Source of the DNA: Myxococcales bacterium
Lineage (GTDB): Bacteria > Myxococcota_A > Polyangia > Polyangiales > DASUME01
DNA length: 64,000 nucleotides
Direction: 5' to 3'
Assembly (NCBI GenBank): GCA_047601445.1
Contig: JASGJH010000001.1
Coordinates: forward strand, 9,056,001-9,120,000
The translations under genes were made by a program, and so were the position numbers. Below the pieces are notes generated by a model. That model saw only the letters and a program-made list of their open reading frames with translations. It did no database searches and was not told the DNA's origin. Below, piece after piece: positions 33,353-45,563 of this stretch. Position 1 is the first letter of the stretch; each line of letters begins with the position of its first letter.

Positions 33353-34953
33353 GGGAAGTCCTCCAGGATGACGCTGGTGGTGGCTTTGGCGGAGTTGATG
33401 ACGCCTGGCATGCCAGCGCCCGGGTGGGTGCCGGCCCCCACGATATACAGGCCGGGGATGTGCTCGTCGCGGTTGTGGGGGCGAAACCAGGCGCTCTGGG
33501 TGAGCGTCGGAGCGCACGAGAAGGCCGAGCCCTGAAAGGAGCGCAAATCGCTCGCAAAGCCCTGCGGAGTGAGCCAGCGCTTGACCACCACGTGGTCACG
33601 CAGGTTCGGCAACCAGCGTTCGAGGTAGGCCAAGATGCGATCCGCGTAGACGGGGCCCAGCGTCTGCCAATCGAGCGCCGCGTGTCCGAGGTGCGGCACC
33701 GGCGACAGCACGTAGAAGCTATCGCAGCCGGGCGGCGCAAGGCTGGGATCGGTCACGCTTGGTGCGTGCAAATACAGGCTGAAGTCGTCGGGCAATCGAT
33801 GGCCGCCGAAGATGTCGCGCAGCAGCTCTTCGTAGCGCGGACCGAAGATCACCGTGTGGTGGACGACCTCGTCGCGGTAGGTGCGATCGGTGCCGAAATA
33901 CAGCACGAACAGGCTCATCGACCAGTCCATGCGCGCGAGGCGAGCCGCCTTGCGGCGCGCGGTGCGCTCGCCAGCGAAGAGCGTGTGATAGGTGTGATGG
34001 ATGTCGGCGTTGGAAACCACCAGATCGAAGCGCTCGCTCGACTCGTGGCCCTCCACCCGCAGCCAGTGCTCCGCGCCCTTGTGGCCCCGTCGCACGTCGA
34101 TGCCAGCGACCGGCGCGTCGAGCCTCAGTTCGCCGCCGAGTTCCTCGAACAGCTTGACCAGGGCCTGCACCAGGGCGCCCGTGCCGCCCAGCGGGAACAG
34201 CACGCCCCACTTCTTCTCCAAATAGTGGATCAGCGTGTAGATGCTGCTGGTGGCGAAGGGATTCCCTCCCACGAGCAGCGAGTGAAAGCTGAGGGCTTGA
34301 CGCAGATGCTCGTCCTTCACAAAGCGGCTCACCGTGCTGTAGACCGAGCGGTCTGCGCGCAGGCGCATGAGGTCCGGCGCGCAACGCACCATGTCCGAGA
34401 AGCGCAAGAATGGCGTGGCGACGAGCTCCGTGTAGCCCACGTCGAACACACGCTTGGAGTACTCCACGAATTCCAGATAGCCCTGGGCGTCGTGCGGGCT
34501 GCGCTCGCGGATTTGCTCCAGCATGCGCTCCGTGCTGCCCACGTAGTCGAATGCATCCCCGTCGGCCCACGCGAGCCGGTAGAAGGGCGTGACGGGTACC
34601 AAGGTGACGTAGTCGGAGAGCTTGCGTCCACACAGCTCGAACAGCTCCTCGATGCAGTGCGGCGCCGTGATCACGGTCGGCCCACCATCGAACGTGAAGC
34701 CCTGCTCCTGGTACACGTAAGCGCGCCCACCTGGCTTGTCGCGGGCCTCGAAGATGACCACGTCGAACCCTGCGTGCTGCAGCCGAATCGCCGCCGCCAG
34801 CCCGCCGAAGCCGCTGCCCACCACGGCTACCCGTGCGCGCCGTCCATGCTCCGGGGTCGCGCCCGCCTTCGCGCGCGGCTCGCGATCGCGGCCCTGGCGC
34901 GTGCGTGCGCCGCTCACGGGCGTCACGCCACCTGCTGGTTTTGCCTCAGCCAT
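33349..34953 (-). CDS. crtI: phytoene desaturase
   Basis: GSGFGGLAAAIRL, FDGGPTVIT, HSLLVGGNPF, QSAWFRPHN, VGAGTHPGAGMPGV. Confidence 0.95.
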   Translation of the reverse strand: MAEAKPAGGVTPVSGARTRQGRDREPRAKAGATPEHGRRARVAVVGSGFGGLAAAIRLQHAGFDVVIFEARDKPGGRAYVYQEQGFTFDGGPTVITAPHCIEELFELCGRKLSDYVTLVPVTPFYRLAWADGDAFDYVGSTERMLEQIRERSPHDAQGYLEFVEYSKRVFDVGYTELVATPFLRFSDMVRCAPDLMRLRADRSVYSTVSRFVKDEHLRQALSFHSLLVGGNPFATSSIYTLIHYLEKKWGVLFPLGGTGALVQALVKLFEELGGELRLDAPVAGIDVRRGHKGAEHWLRVEGHESSERFDLVVSNADIHHTYHTLFAGERTARRKAARLARMDWSMSLFVLYFGTDRTYRDEVVHHTVIFGPRYEELLRDIFGGHRLPDDFSLYLHAPSVTDPSLAPPGCDSFYVLSPVPHLGHAALDWQTLGPVYADRILAYLERWLPNLRDHVVVKRWLTPQGFASDLRSFQGSAFSCAPTLTQSAWFRPHNRDEHIPGLYIVGAGTHPGAGMPGVINSAKATTSVILEDFP

Positions 34954-35983
34954 AGCTCTGTTCCAGTCGTGCGAGCTCGGCCGCCAGCGCCTCGAGCGCC
35001 GCGCCGTGGGAGAATGCGCCCTCGAGCTCCTGCATGGCTGCGCCCACGGCGAGCCGAACGCGCGCTCGCCCCAGCGGCTCCACGGCCTGTGCCAGGCGTT
35101 GCTTGAGCTCCACCAGCTGTTCGCCGCGCCCCACTTGCTTCGAGAGTTGCTTGTAGCTGAGTTGGTCCAGGCTCTCCGCTGCCCACGCCCACACCCAGTT
35201 CACGCGCTGTCCGCGCAAGTCCTCGAGCGCCTTGTCCTGGCGCTCCGGCGCCACGAAGGCACCCAGGTCGTCGAGCATCTGCAGCACCGTGCCAGTGCGC
35301 TCCCCAAAGCGCGCCAGCGCTTCCACATCCGCAGCGCGCGCCTGGGCCACCAGCGCTCCCAGGCGTGCGGCGAAAGCCATCAAGGCACCGGTCTTGAGCT
35401 GACTCGTGGTGTGCGCCACCGCGGGCACCTCGGCGCGCTTCAGCTCGGAGATGTTCAGCGCCAGGTCGAGCGCTTGCCCCTCGTGACAGCGCAAGAAGCA
35501 GCGATGGGCGGCTCGCGTGGTGGCCAGCGCGCGTTCGGGCTCGAGCTCGAGCTCATCGAGCTTGCTCAAGGCCACGAAGTACAGCCAGTTGCCCACGTTG
35601 AGCGCGCGGGGCATGCCCAGCTGCCGATGGAGCGCCGGCGCACCGCGACGTTCTTCGGCGTCGTCCTGGATGTCGTCGACGATGAGCGAGCCCGCGTGCA
35701 AGAGCTCGATGGCTTCGAGAGCTGCCCTGGGCGGCTGTCGCGCCAGGCCACCCGCCAGGCCGTAGCTCGCCTCCACCAGGCGCGCGCGGAAGGCCTTGCC
35801 GGGCCGGGACAAGAACTCCTTGGCACCTGCGAACAGGGCGCGCTCGAAGAGCTGGGGGTCGATGCCCAGGCCCGCGCACTGCCGTGCCTCGTTTTCCAGG
35901 GCGAACGAGAGGCCGTCAGCCTTGGCGTCGGCGTTGGGCTCGCCGTGCGTCTCGGACGGGTCGGGTTGGGGACCTGGCTTCAT
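34946..35983 (-). CDS. crtE: geranylgeranyl diphosphate synthase (polyprenyl synthetase)
   Basis: GKAFR, ELLHAGSLIVDDIQD..RRG, GQALDL, KTGAL, QMLDDL. Confidence 0.88.
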   Translation of the reverse strand: MKPGPQPDPSETHGEPNADAKADGLSFALENEARQCAGLGIDPQLFERALFAGAKEFLSRPGKAFRARLVEASYGLAGGLARQPPRAALEAIELLHAGSLIVDDIQDDAEERRGAPALHRQLGMPRALNVGNWLYFVALSKLDELELEPERALATTRAAHRCFLRCHEGQALDLALNISELKRAEVPAVAHTTSQLKTGALMAFAARLGALVAQARAADVEALARFGERTGTVLQMLDDLGAFVAPERQDKALEDLRGQRVNWVWAWAAESLDQLSYKQLSKQVGRGEQLVELKQRLAQAVEPLGRARVRLAVGAAMQELEGAFSHGAALEALAAELARLEQSYG

Positions 35984-37152
35984 GGCAGCTGCTCCAGCTG
36001 CACGCCGCGCGCGCTGCGCAACATGTCCAGGGCCCGCTTGAGCGACAGCCCGCGCGGGGGCGCCCCCATGAAGATGCGCGCGCGGTCCGCGGCGCTCAGC
36101 TCCGCAGCGTAGAATCGCTCGATCAACGGCGCGGGCAGGCGATAAAAATGCTCGAGCACCTCGAACCTCCGCTCGGGCTCGAAGAGTCCGAACATCATGC
36201 GCGTGAGCAAGAAGAGAAATGGCTGTTGTTCGGCGTGCTGCACACGGAAGCGCGCGAGGGCGGAGTCGGCGGCGCGCGGCGCGTGGCGACTCTGGGCCAG
36301 GGCGCTCGCAAAGCGCACCGCGATCGGAAACGAGTAGCCAGTGACCGGATGGAAGAAGCCTGCGCCATAGCCCGCTGCCAGCGCTCCCCCGGAGGCCTCG
36401 ACTTGCTCGGCCTTCCAGGGCATCGGCAAGCTCCCGCGCTCCTCGCGCAACACCTCACGAACCTCAAACCCTTGCTCCCGTGCATAGCTCAGGATGCGGG
36501 CCTTGGAGGCCTCGGCATCGAGGCCGGCGTGATCGGAGAAGAAGGTCTCTTCGAACAAGAAGCGCTCGTCTCCAAAGGGCAGCACGTACATGAAGCGGAA
36601 GCCGTCGTGTTGGGACAGGCACGCATCGATGATCAACGGCTCGGTCGCTGCGGGGGCCTTGACCCTTGCCCGCAGCTCGAGTCCGACGAACTTTTGGAAG
36701 CCTTGCGCGTCGTGGGCGAGGGAGCGCGGCCCGCGGGCATCCACCACGAACCTGGCGCGCAGCACCTCGCCGTCGGACAGCTGGACCTCTTCACGCGCGA
36801 GCTGCGTCACCTCGGTGCCCAGTCGCAACGAGCAACCTGGGCGCATCAGCTGGGCGCTGAGCACGTCGTGCAGTCGTTCGCTCGTCACGCAGCCGTAGGC
36901 AGAGGCGAGGCGTCGGGCTCGGCGCGGGAAGCGCACGTGGTAGCCGTCCCAGCGTGCCACCACCAGGGGCTCCACCCAGGCTCCGTGCTCGGCTCGCACG
37001 TCACGCGCGTGAAAGCACCAGGTGTGATTGCCGCCCAAGCGCCCCTCGCGCTCGACGACGGCCACGCGAAGTCCCGGCTCGACGTCCAGCAGCGCCAGCA
37101 CGCTCAATGCGGTGGTCAGGCCGCCCCCGACGAACAGGTAGTCGTAGTGCAT
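35980..37152 (-). CDS. crtY: lycopene beta-cyclase (monomeric CrtY type)
   Basis: VGGGL, GGNHTWCFH, QKFVG, DGFRFMYVLP, FHPVTGYS, LIERFYA. Confidence 0.9.
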   Translation of the reverse strand: MHYDYLFVGGGLTTALSVLALLDVEPGLRVAVVEREGRLGGNHTWCFHARDVRAEHGAWVEPLVVARWDGYHVRFPRRARRLASAYGCVTSERLHDVLSAQLMRPGCSLRLGTEVTQLAREEVQLSDGEVLRARFVVDARGPRSLAHDAQGFQKFVGLELRARVKAPAATEPLIIDACLSQHDGFRFMYVLPFGDERFLFEETFFSDHAGLDAEASKARILSYAREQGFEVREVLREERGSLPMPWKAEQVEASGGALAAGYGAGFFHPVTGYSFPIAVRFASALAQSRHAPRAADSALARFRVQHAEQQPFLFLLTRMMFGLFEPERRFEVLEHFYRLPAPLIERFYAAELSAADRARIFMGAPPRGLSLKRALDMLRSARGVQLEQLP

Positions 37153-37192
37153 GACAGGTTTCTCTCCCTGGGAGGACACCCTCTCCAGACGT

Positions 37193-37299
37193 TGGACACA
37201 CCTTGTACAACACTGCCGGCTTGTTCAAACCAAAATCATCTACGCGTCGGTATCTGCTGTGAAACTCCTGTTCGAGTATCTATGGACAAACCTTGTTTA
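37193..37299. promoter_or_regulatory. two copies of a TGGACA-N5-TGTWYA site upstream of the crt operon; candidate CarH/CarA/LitR operator
   Basis: TGGACACACCTTGTACA (37193-37209) and TGGACAAACCTTGTTTA (37283-37299); half sites 11 bp apart. Confidence 0.55.
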
Positions 37300-37301
37300 G
37301 T

Positions 37302-38510
37302 TCAGCTAGGGTCGATGTCGACCCCTTCGCTGACCTGATCGCTCGGGTACAGGATGACGGCCGCCTTTTCGGTCACGCCCTGCTTTACCTGCACCCAGTC
37401 GGGCGTGCGCGCCCCCAGCTCCAGCGGAGCCTTCTCGGCCTTGCCGGCCTCCACCTTGTAGACCGCCCAGGTGTTGCCATCGCGGAAGGTCGCGCTCGCA
37501 GGGACCACCAGCGCGTCGGAAATCAGTGCGGTGCGGATGCGGGCTTCCACGCGATAGCCGTCGCTGAGCGCGGTCCAGGTTTCGTACGGGTCCACCAAAT
37601 CGAGCACCACGGGCACACGCTGTTCCTCCACGCCCAGCGCGCTGCGTGTCGTGAACGCGGAGGGCTCCTTGCGCCGTACGCGAGCGGCGATCGGCTTGTC
37701 CCCGCCCCAGCGCTCGATGCGCGCTGCGGTGCCAGGTTCGATCTTCACGGCCTCTGTACTCAACACGTCCACCACGACCTCGAGCTTGCTTGGATCTCCC
37801 ACTTCGATGAGCGGCATGCCAGGTTGCACCACGGCTTCGCTCTCTTGGTAGACCCTGAGCACACGTCCGCTAATGGGAGCATTCAAGGTCAGGGCCGCCG
37901 AGGCGTTCTTGTTGTTGCCCGACATCGAAGCGATGGCCGCGCGGGCCATATTCAGCTCGTTCTCCGCCACGCGCTCGCCGAACTGGGCCGCCGCATAGTC
38001 CTCCTCGGCCGCCCGCAGCTGGAACTCGCTCTGGTCGAGCGCCTGCTTGGACGTGCCCTGGCTAGCGTGCAGGGTGCGCAGTCGAGAGGCCTCGTCGCGC
38101 GCGAAGCCGAGCGCCGCCTCGGCGCGCTTGATGCTCACGCGGGCTCGCTCCAGGTTGGCCTCCGACATGGCCGCGCGAGCCACCGACTCCGAGCGGGTTC
38201 GCTGATCGAGCAGGCCTGGCGCCACCGGCGAGATCTCGGCCAACACTGCGCCCTCCACGACCTCATCGCCCGGCTTCAGCGAGATGCGTCCGAGGTTCCC
38301 CACCACCGGGGCCGATACCACGTAGCGCGATTTGATGCGGGTCTTGCCGGACTCGTCGACGGTGACCTCGAGCTCTCGCCGCTCCACCTTGCCCAACACC
38401 ACCGCGATTGGCTTGGGCACGAATCCAAGCGAGATCAACACGGCTGCGAGGAGCAGTACGCTCCCTGTGATCAAGCGTCCCAAAAGGCGTCGTCGTTTGC
38501 GCTGATCCAT
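37302..38510 (-). CDS. HlyD/MacA family periplasmic adaptor
   Basis: N-terminal TM, VVSAPVVG and LNAPISGRV lipoyl half-motifs, coiled coil, RVEARI. Confidence 0.9.
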   Translation of the reverse strand: MDQRKRRRLLGRLITGSVLLLAAVLISLGFVPKPIAVVLGKVERRELEVTVDESGKTRIKSRYVVSAPVVGNLGRISLKPGDEVVEGAVLAEISPVAPGLLDQRTRSESVARAAMSEANLERARVSIKRAEAALGFARDEASRLRTLHASQGTSKQALDQSEFQLRAAEEDYAAAQFGERVAENELNMARAAIASMSGNNKNASAALTLNAPISGRVLRVYQESEAVVQPGMPLIEVGDPSKLEVVVDVLSTEAVKIEPGTAARIERWGGDKPIAARVRRKEPSAFTTRSALGVEEQRVPVVLDLVDPYETWTALSDGYRVEARIRTALISDALVVPASATFRDGNTWAVYKVEAGKAEKAPLELGARTPDWVQVKQGVTEKAAVILYPSDQVSEGVDIDPS

Positions 38511-38512
38511 GG

Positions 38513-40870
<2,358 letters not shown>

Positions 40871-40874
<4 letters not shown>

Positions 40875-41599
40875 CAGCTCAGCTCCGCGGGTGACAGTGG
40901 CTTTTCGTTGCGACGTTCGGTCTGGATGCGGCCGTCGGACAGCGTGAGGACGCGGTCGGCCATCTCGCCAACGGGCGCGTTGTGCGTGATCACTGCGGTA
41001 GCCGTGCCGAGCTCGCGATTGACGTGTTGGATGACCTCCAGCACGCGCACGCCGGTGCGGAAATCGAGGGCGCCGGTGGGCTCGTCGCAGAGCAGGATGT
41101 GAGGGCGCTTGGCGACCGCGCGCGCGATGGCCACGCGCTGCTGCTCACCGCCGGAGAGCTGGGCCGGGAAGTGGTCGAGGCGCTCGCCGAGGCCCACCAG
41201 CGAGAGGGCCTCCTCGGGCTCGAGCGGGTCATCCACGATGTCGGTCACGAGTGCCACGTTTTCCCGCGCAGTGAGGCTGGGGATCAAGTTGTAGAACTGG
41301 AACACGAAGCCCACGTGGTTGCGCCGATAGGCCGTGAGCTCCGCCTCGCCGGCGCGCGAGAGGTTGCCGCCGCGGTACAGCACGTCGCCCGAGGTGGGCG
41401 TGTCGAGTCCCCCCAAGATGTTGAGCAAGGTGGACTTGCCGCTGCCGGACGCGCCGAGCAGCACCACCAGCTCGCTCGGGTAGAGCGCGAAGTTCACCGA
41501 GTTGAGTGCGTGCACGGCGACCTCGCCCATTTGGTAGGTCTTGCTGATGTTGTTGGCCGAAAGCACGGGCTCGACGCCCCTGGCGCTGGAGACAGCCAT
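40871..41599 (-). CDS. ABC transporter ATP-binding protein (LolD/MacB-like)
   Basis: [33 protein letters not shown]. Confidence 0.95.
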
Positions 41600-41683
41600 G
41601 GTCACCGGCAAAGGTTGGGCGCGTGCGGCCGAGAAGACAAGCGCGAACGCGAGGCTGGTGCGTCGGGTTCGCCGATTATGCTG

Positions 41684-42829
41684 CTACGCGATCGCCTGCC
41701 GAGCGCGCAGCTGCGCGAGCTCGTCGGCTTCGAAACCCCAATCGAGGAGCGCTTCGTCGGTGTGGGCGCCGGGTACGGCCGGCGGGCGCTGAACAGCGCC
41801 GGGCGTACGCGAGAAGCGCGGTGCCGGAGCCGCCTGCAAGGCCTCGGTGGTCACGAAGGTGCCACGCGCGGAGTTGTGAGGATGGGCGGCCGCCTCGCGC
41901 GCCGAGAGCACCGGGGTCACGCATGCATCGCTGCCTTCGAACAGCTGGCTCCACGTGTCGCGGCTCTTGGTCTTGAACAGCTCGCTCAGGATTTGCTTGA
42001 GCTCGGGCCAGCGCTTGCTGTCCATGTGGGCCAGGAAGCGTGGGTCGTCGGAGAGACCCATGATGCGCAAAAATTCCGCGTAAAACTGGGGTTCGATGGC
42101 TCCCACGGCCATGTGTTTCCCGTCCGAGGTTTCGTACACCTCGTAGAAGTGGGCGCCCGTGTCGAGCAGGTTCGTCCCGCGCGGTCCGTTCCACATCCCC
42201 ATGTGCTGGAACGCGTGCATCATGGTGCACAGGAGGGCCGAGCCATCCACCATGGCCGCATCGACCACCTGTCCGCGTCCACTCTTGGAGCGCTCGAGCA
42301 GCGCGGCCATCACACCGCACGCGAGCAACATGCCGCCGCCTCCGAAGTCGGCCACCAGGTTCATGGGCGGCATGGGCTTCTCGCCGGCTCGGCCGATGGG
42401 GTCGAGTGCGCCCGCCAGGGCGATGTAGTTGATGTCGTGACCGGCGCGCTCCGCCCATGGACCGCTCTGCCCCCAGCCCGTCATGCGCCCGTAGACGAGC
42501 TGCGGATTGCGCGCACTGCAGACCTCCGGACCGAGCCCGAGACGTTCCATGACGCCAGGCCGAAAGCCTTCGAGGAGAGCATCGGCGCGCTCGAGTAGAC
42601 GCAGTGCGACCTCGACACCTTGCGCGCTCTTGAGGTTGAGCCCCACGCTGCGTCGCCCACGGTTCAACAGGTCGCGGGATGGCTTGGACTTGTCGCCCTG
42701 GGAGACGAGGTTGTGACGCTCGATGCGCAGCACGTCCGCTCCAAGGTCGGACAACAGCATCGCAGCGAATGGCGCGGGACCAAGTCCCGAAAACTCGATT
42801 ACACGAAAACCAGCGAGAGGGCCCGTCAT
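41684..42829 (-). CDS. CaiB/BaiF family CoA-transferase, alpha-methylacyl-CoA racemase-like
   Basis: GPAPFAAMLLSDLGA, EGFRPGVMERLGLGP, GHDINY, ADFGGGG, APAPRFSRTP. Confidence 0.9.
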   Translation of the reverse strand: MTGPLAGFRVIEFSGLGPAPFAAMLLSDLGADVLRIERHNLVSQGDKSKPSRDLLNRGRRSVGLNLKSAQGVEVALRLLERADALLEGFRPGVMERLGLGPEVCSARNPQLVYGRMTGWGQSGPWAERAGHDINYIALAGALDPIGRAGEKPMPPMNLVADFGGGGMLLACGVMAALLERSKSGRGQVVDAAMVDGSALLCTMMHAFQHMGMWNGPRGTNLLDTGAHFYEVYETSDGKHMAVGAIEPQFYAEFLRIMGLSDDPRFLAHMDSKRWPELKQILSELFKTKSRDTWSQLFEGSDACVTPVLSAREAAAHPHNSARGTFVTTEALQAAPAPRFSRTPGAVQRPPAVPGAHTDEALLDWGFEADELAQLRARQAIA

Positions 42830-42839
42830 GGGCCCATCA

Positions 42840-43328
42840 TCACCCGAGCGACTTCAGGATCGAAAGGGCTTCGTCCACGTGTTGCGTCGCATTGATCTGC
42901 GAGTTGAACGCGTGGCGAATCACGCCCTGCTTGTCGATCACGTAAGTCACGCGTCCAGGTAGAAGTCCCATCGTCGCTGGCACGCCGAAGCTCGCGCGAA
43001 CCTTGCCGCCGGCGTCCGATAGCAGGGAGAACGGTAAACGATATTTCTCCGCGAACGCCTTGTGCGACTTCTCGGAGTCCGAGCTGATGCCGAGCACCTC
43101 GCAGCCCACGTCGGTGAAGGCCGTGTACTGATCACGGAACGCACACGACTCCTTGGTGCAGCCGGGGGTGTCGTCCTTCGGATAGAAGTAGACCACCACG
43201 TTCTTCTGGCCGCGGAAGTCGGACAGGGTCACTTGCTTGCCGTCTTGATCTTTGAGACTGAACTCGGGGGCCTTGGCCCCAGCCGCGAGCCCCGTCCCAC
43301 TCCCCAACAGCGTGTCCATGAATCCCAT
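42840..43328 (-). CDS. bcp: BCP/PrxQ peroxiredoxin
   Basis: YFYPKDDTPGCTKESC. Confidence 0.92.
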   Translation of the reverse strand: MGFMDTLLGSGTGLAAGAKAPEFSLKDQDGKQVTLSDFRGQKNVVVYFYPKDDTPGCTKESCAFRDQYTAFTDVGCEVLGISSDSEKSHKAFAEKYRLPFSLLSDAGGKVRASFGVPATMGLLPGRVTYVIDKQGVIRHAFNSQINATQHVDEALSILKSLG

Positions 43329-43492
43329 GCAGTCCTCCGCTCGTATGCGCGCCCGGCGTGTGTTGGTGACCGGCTGCCTGCGCGGTGGAGACCGCGCGCA
43401 CGTCGATCTCTAGCGGCCGGCCCGGGCCACGTCCACCGCGCCAGCACGACGAGGTAGTACTAAGGGGTGGGCGGCCAAGTGAGGCCCAGCCG

Positions 43493-43858
43493 CTAGAACG
43501 TTACGAGGGTGATCGCCTGCTCGGGGCATGCCTCGACGCACAGACCGCAGGCCTGGCAGCGCGCGGCGTTCGGCGTATAGGCGCTCTTGCGTCCATGGAG
43601 TGCGCTGCGAACGCGGCCCACGAAGGAAAGCAAGTCGTGATCCTCGGCCTCGATGGTTCGCACTTCGAACACGCCGTAGGGGCACAGTCGCACGCACTCG
43701 CCTTTGCCTTCGCAGCGGTTGCGGTCGATCACGGGGAAGTACTGGGCGGGCGCCGCGACACAATGTTCGCCGGGCGGCGGACGATGGTTGGAACGCGGGG
43801 GGTGCGAACCGCGACGTAGTAGGGAGCTCGGCTTCAGGAGCGCTGTCGTTTCACTCAT
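43493..43858 (-). CDS. 4Fe-4S dicluster ferredoxin
   Basis: CEGKGECVRLCP and CQACGLCVEACP. Confidence 0.8.
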   Translation of the reverse strand: MSETTALLKPSSLLRRGSHPPRSNHRPPPGEHCVAAPAQYFPVIDRNRCEGKGECVRLCPYGVFEVRTIEAEDHDLLSFVGRVRSALHGRKSAYTPNAARCQACGLCVEACPEQAITLVTF

Positions 43859-43919
43859 GCGGACCTCCGGAATGGTTTTCCCGACCTTGGGGTCGGCAGG
43901 ATGCTATGCTGCCTCGATA

Positions 43920-43934
43920 GTTGAAGTAGTCAAC
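43920..43934. promoter_or_regulatory. palindrome, likely MarR operator in the divergent ferredoxin/marR promoter
   Basis: GTTGA-AGTAG-TCAAC in an AT-rich patch 43 bp before the marR start. Confidence 0.55.
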
Positions 43935-43977
43935 ATTAAGTTTTGCAAAGGTCCAGCATCGGAGGAGCACACGGGCC

Positions 43978-44418
43978 ATGGGGAAGGTCAGCAAGGAAGC
44001 CGCCCAAATTGCGGAAATCATTCATGAGTTCATGGCGGCGCACAAGCGAGCGTTCCACGCCACGGCCAAAGATCATGGGCTCTCTCCGCAGCAGGCGGCC
44101 ACCATCTGGAACCTGGAGCCCGGGACTGGCATGCCCATGAGCGCGCTCGCCGACCTGCTCATGTGTGACGCCTCGAACGTCACCGGCATCGTCGACAAGC
44201 TCGAGGCTCGCGGTTTGGCCAAGCGCGGCCAGGCCGACGACCGCCGGGTCAAGGTGTTGACGCTGACGGAGGAGGGCGCGGCGCTGCGCAACGTGATGCG
44301 CGAGCGACTCCTGCAGCCGCCGGAGTGGCTCCTCGCTTTGAACCGCGACGATCAACGCCAGCTGCACGAGCTCCTCAAGCGAGGCCTCGAGGCGCTGCGC
44401 TCCGCGACGCCGCGTTGA
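43978..44418 (+). CDS. MarR family transcriptional regulator
   Basis: LSPQQ, CDASNVTGIVDKLEARGL, DDRRVKVLTLTEEG; GGAGG RBS. Confidence 0.92.
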   Translation: MGKVSKEAAQIAEIIHEFMAAHKRAFHATAKDHGLSPQQAATIWNLEPGTGMPMSALADLLMCDASNVTGIVDKLEARGLAKRGQADDRRVKVLTLTEEGAALRNVMRERLLQPPEWLLALNRDDQRQLHELLKRGLEALRSATPR

Positions 44419-44469
44419 CTCGCTCCGCGAGGGCCCGCCTCGCGCTGAGCGGCCGCTGGGAGCGGCGCG

Positions 44470-45009
44470 CTATTCGGCGCTGCGCGGGGTACGCGCGGGA
44501 CGTTCTCCCCGCATGATGCGCAGCTGTTCGACGTTGGCCAGGCGCGCGTTACGACGGAACTGGGCCTCCTCGTAGCGGCGCTTCTCATCCGGCGTATCCA
44601 CCAAAAGCGGCGGGACCTTCACGGGTGTGCCGTCGGCCGCCACGCCCACGAAGGTGAGATAGGCCGAGACGATGTGCCGGTGCTCGCCCTTGAAGCTGTT
44701 CTCGGCCAACACCTTCACGCCGATCTCCATGGAGCTGGTCCAGGCCCGGTTGCATGCAGCCTTCACGATCAGGGTCTCACCGTCTTTGGCGGGCGCCATG
44801 AAATGCACCGAGTCCACGGAAGCGGTGACGCATACGCTGCCAGCGTGGCGCTCGGCCACCACCAGCGCGATGCGATCGCAGATGGCCATTACGAGCCCAC
44901 CGAACACGGTGTAGTGAGCGTTCAGGTCGTTGGGGAAGATCTTGTACACGTGGTTGTCCACCATGGAGGCGGACACGGGCTTGCCGGGGGGGATCACGTC
45001 GCTGCTCAA
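44470..45009 (-). CDS. acyl-CoA thioesterase (hotdog fold)
   Basis: FPNDLNAHYTVFGG, VTASVD, TSSMEIGV; TTGA overlap with folA. Confidence 0.88.
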   Translation of the reverse strand: MSSDVIPPGKPVSASMVDNHVYKIFPNDLNAHYTVFGGLVMAICDRIALVVAERHAGSVCVTASVDSVHFMAPAKDGETLIVKAACNRAWTSSMEIGVKVLAENSFKGEHRHIVSAYLTFVGVAADGTPVKVPPLLVDTPDEKRRYEEAQFRRNARLANVEQLRIMRGERPARTPRSAE

Positions 45010-45563
45010 GTGGGGCCTCGCTGGGTGCGTTCGTAGACTTCGAAGCTGAACTCCACGTCGCCGTCCCGATGGGGCCCGTCGCGCGTGACCAGCCGAAAAT
45101 CCTGCTCGAATTCTGCGAGAAACGCGTCGCACTCGAAGGCTCGGTGCACGCGGGTGAGATAGACCCGGCGGCAGCTCGGATCGCGCAGGGACTCGGCGTA
45201 GAGCGAGGCACCGCCGATCACGAAGATCCGGTCCACGCTGGGCAGGGAGATCAACTGTTCGAGCGTTTCGCTCAGCGAGCTGCACACCCGCACGCCGGGG
45301 TCGGCAGCAAAGGCGGGGTCGCGCGACAGCACCACGTTGAGGCGATCCTTGAGCGGGCGGAACTTGCCCGGGATGGACTCGTAGGTCTTGCGCCCCATCA
45401 CCACCGCGTTTTGGCGTCCTGCGCTGGCCTCGCTGGTGAGGCGCTTGAAGTAGGCCATCTCCGACGGGAGCTTCCAGGGCAGGCCGTTGGCTCTCCCGAT
45501 GCCCCGGTTTTCGTCGGCCGCGACCACGATCGAGAACGGGATCTCGCGTGCCACCTGACTCAC
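45006..45563 (-). CDS. folA: dihydrofolate reductase
   Basis: [47 protein letters not shown]. Confidence 0.95.
   Translation of the reverse strand: MSQVAREIPFSIVVAADENRGIGRANGLPWKLPSEMAYFKRLTSEASAGRQNAVVMGRKTYESIPGKFRPLKDRLNVVLSRDPAFAADPGVRVCSSLSETLEQLISLPSVDRIFVIGGASLYAESLRDPSCRRVYLTRVHRAFECDAFLAEFEQDFRLVTRDGPHRDGDVEFSFEVYERTQRGPT

Noticed and set aside
32303..37152. Rhodopsin/retinal biosynthesis cluster
   Set aside because: crtEIBY are present but no opsin or blh gene is in the window.
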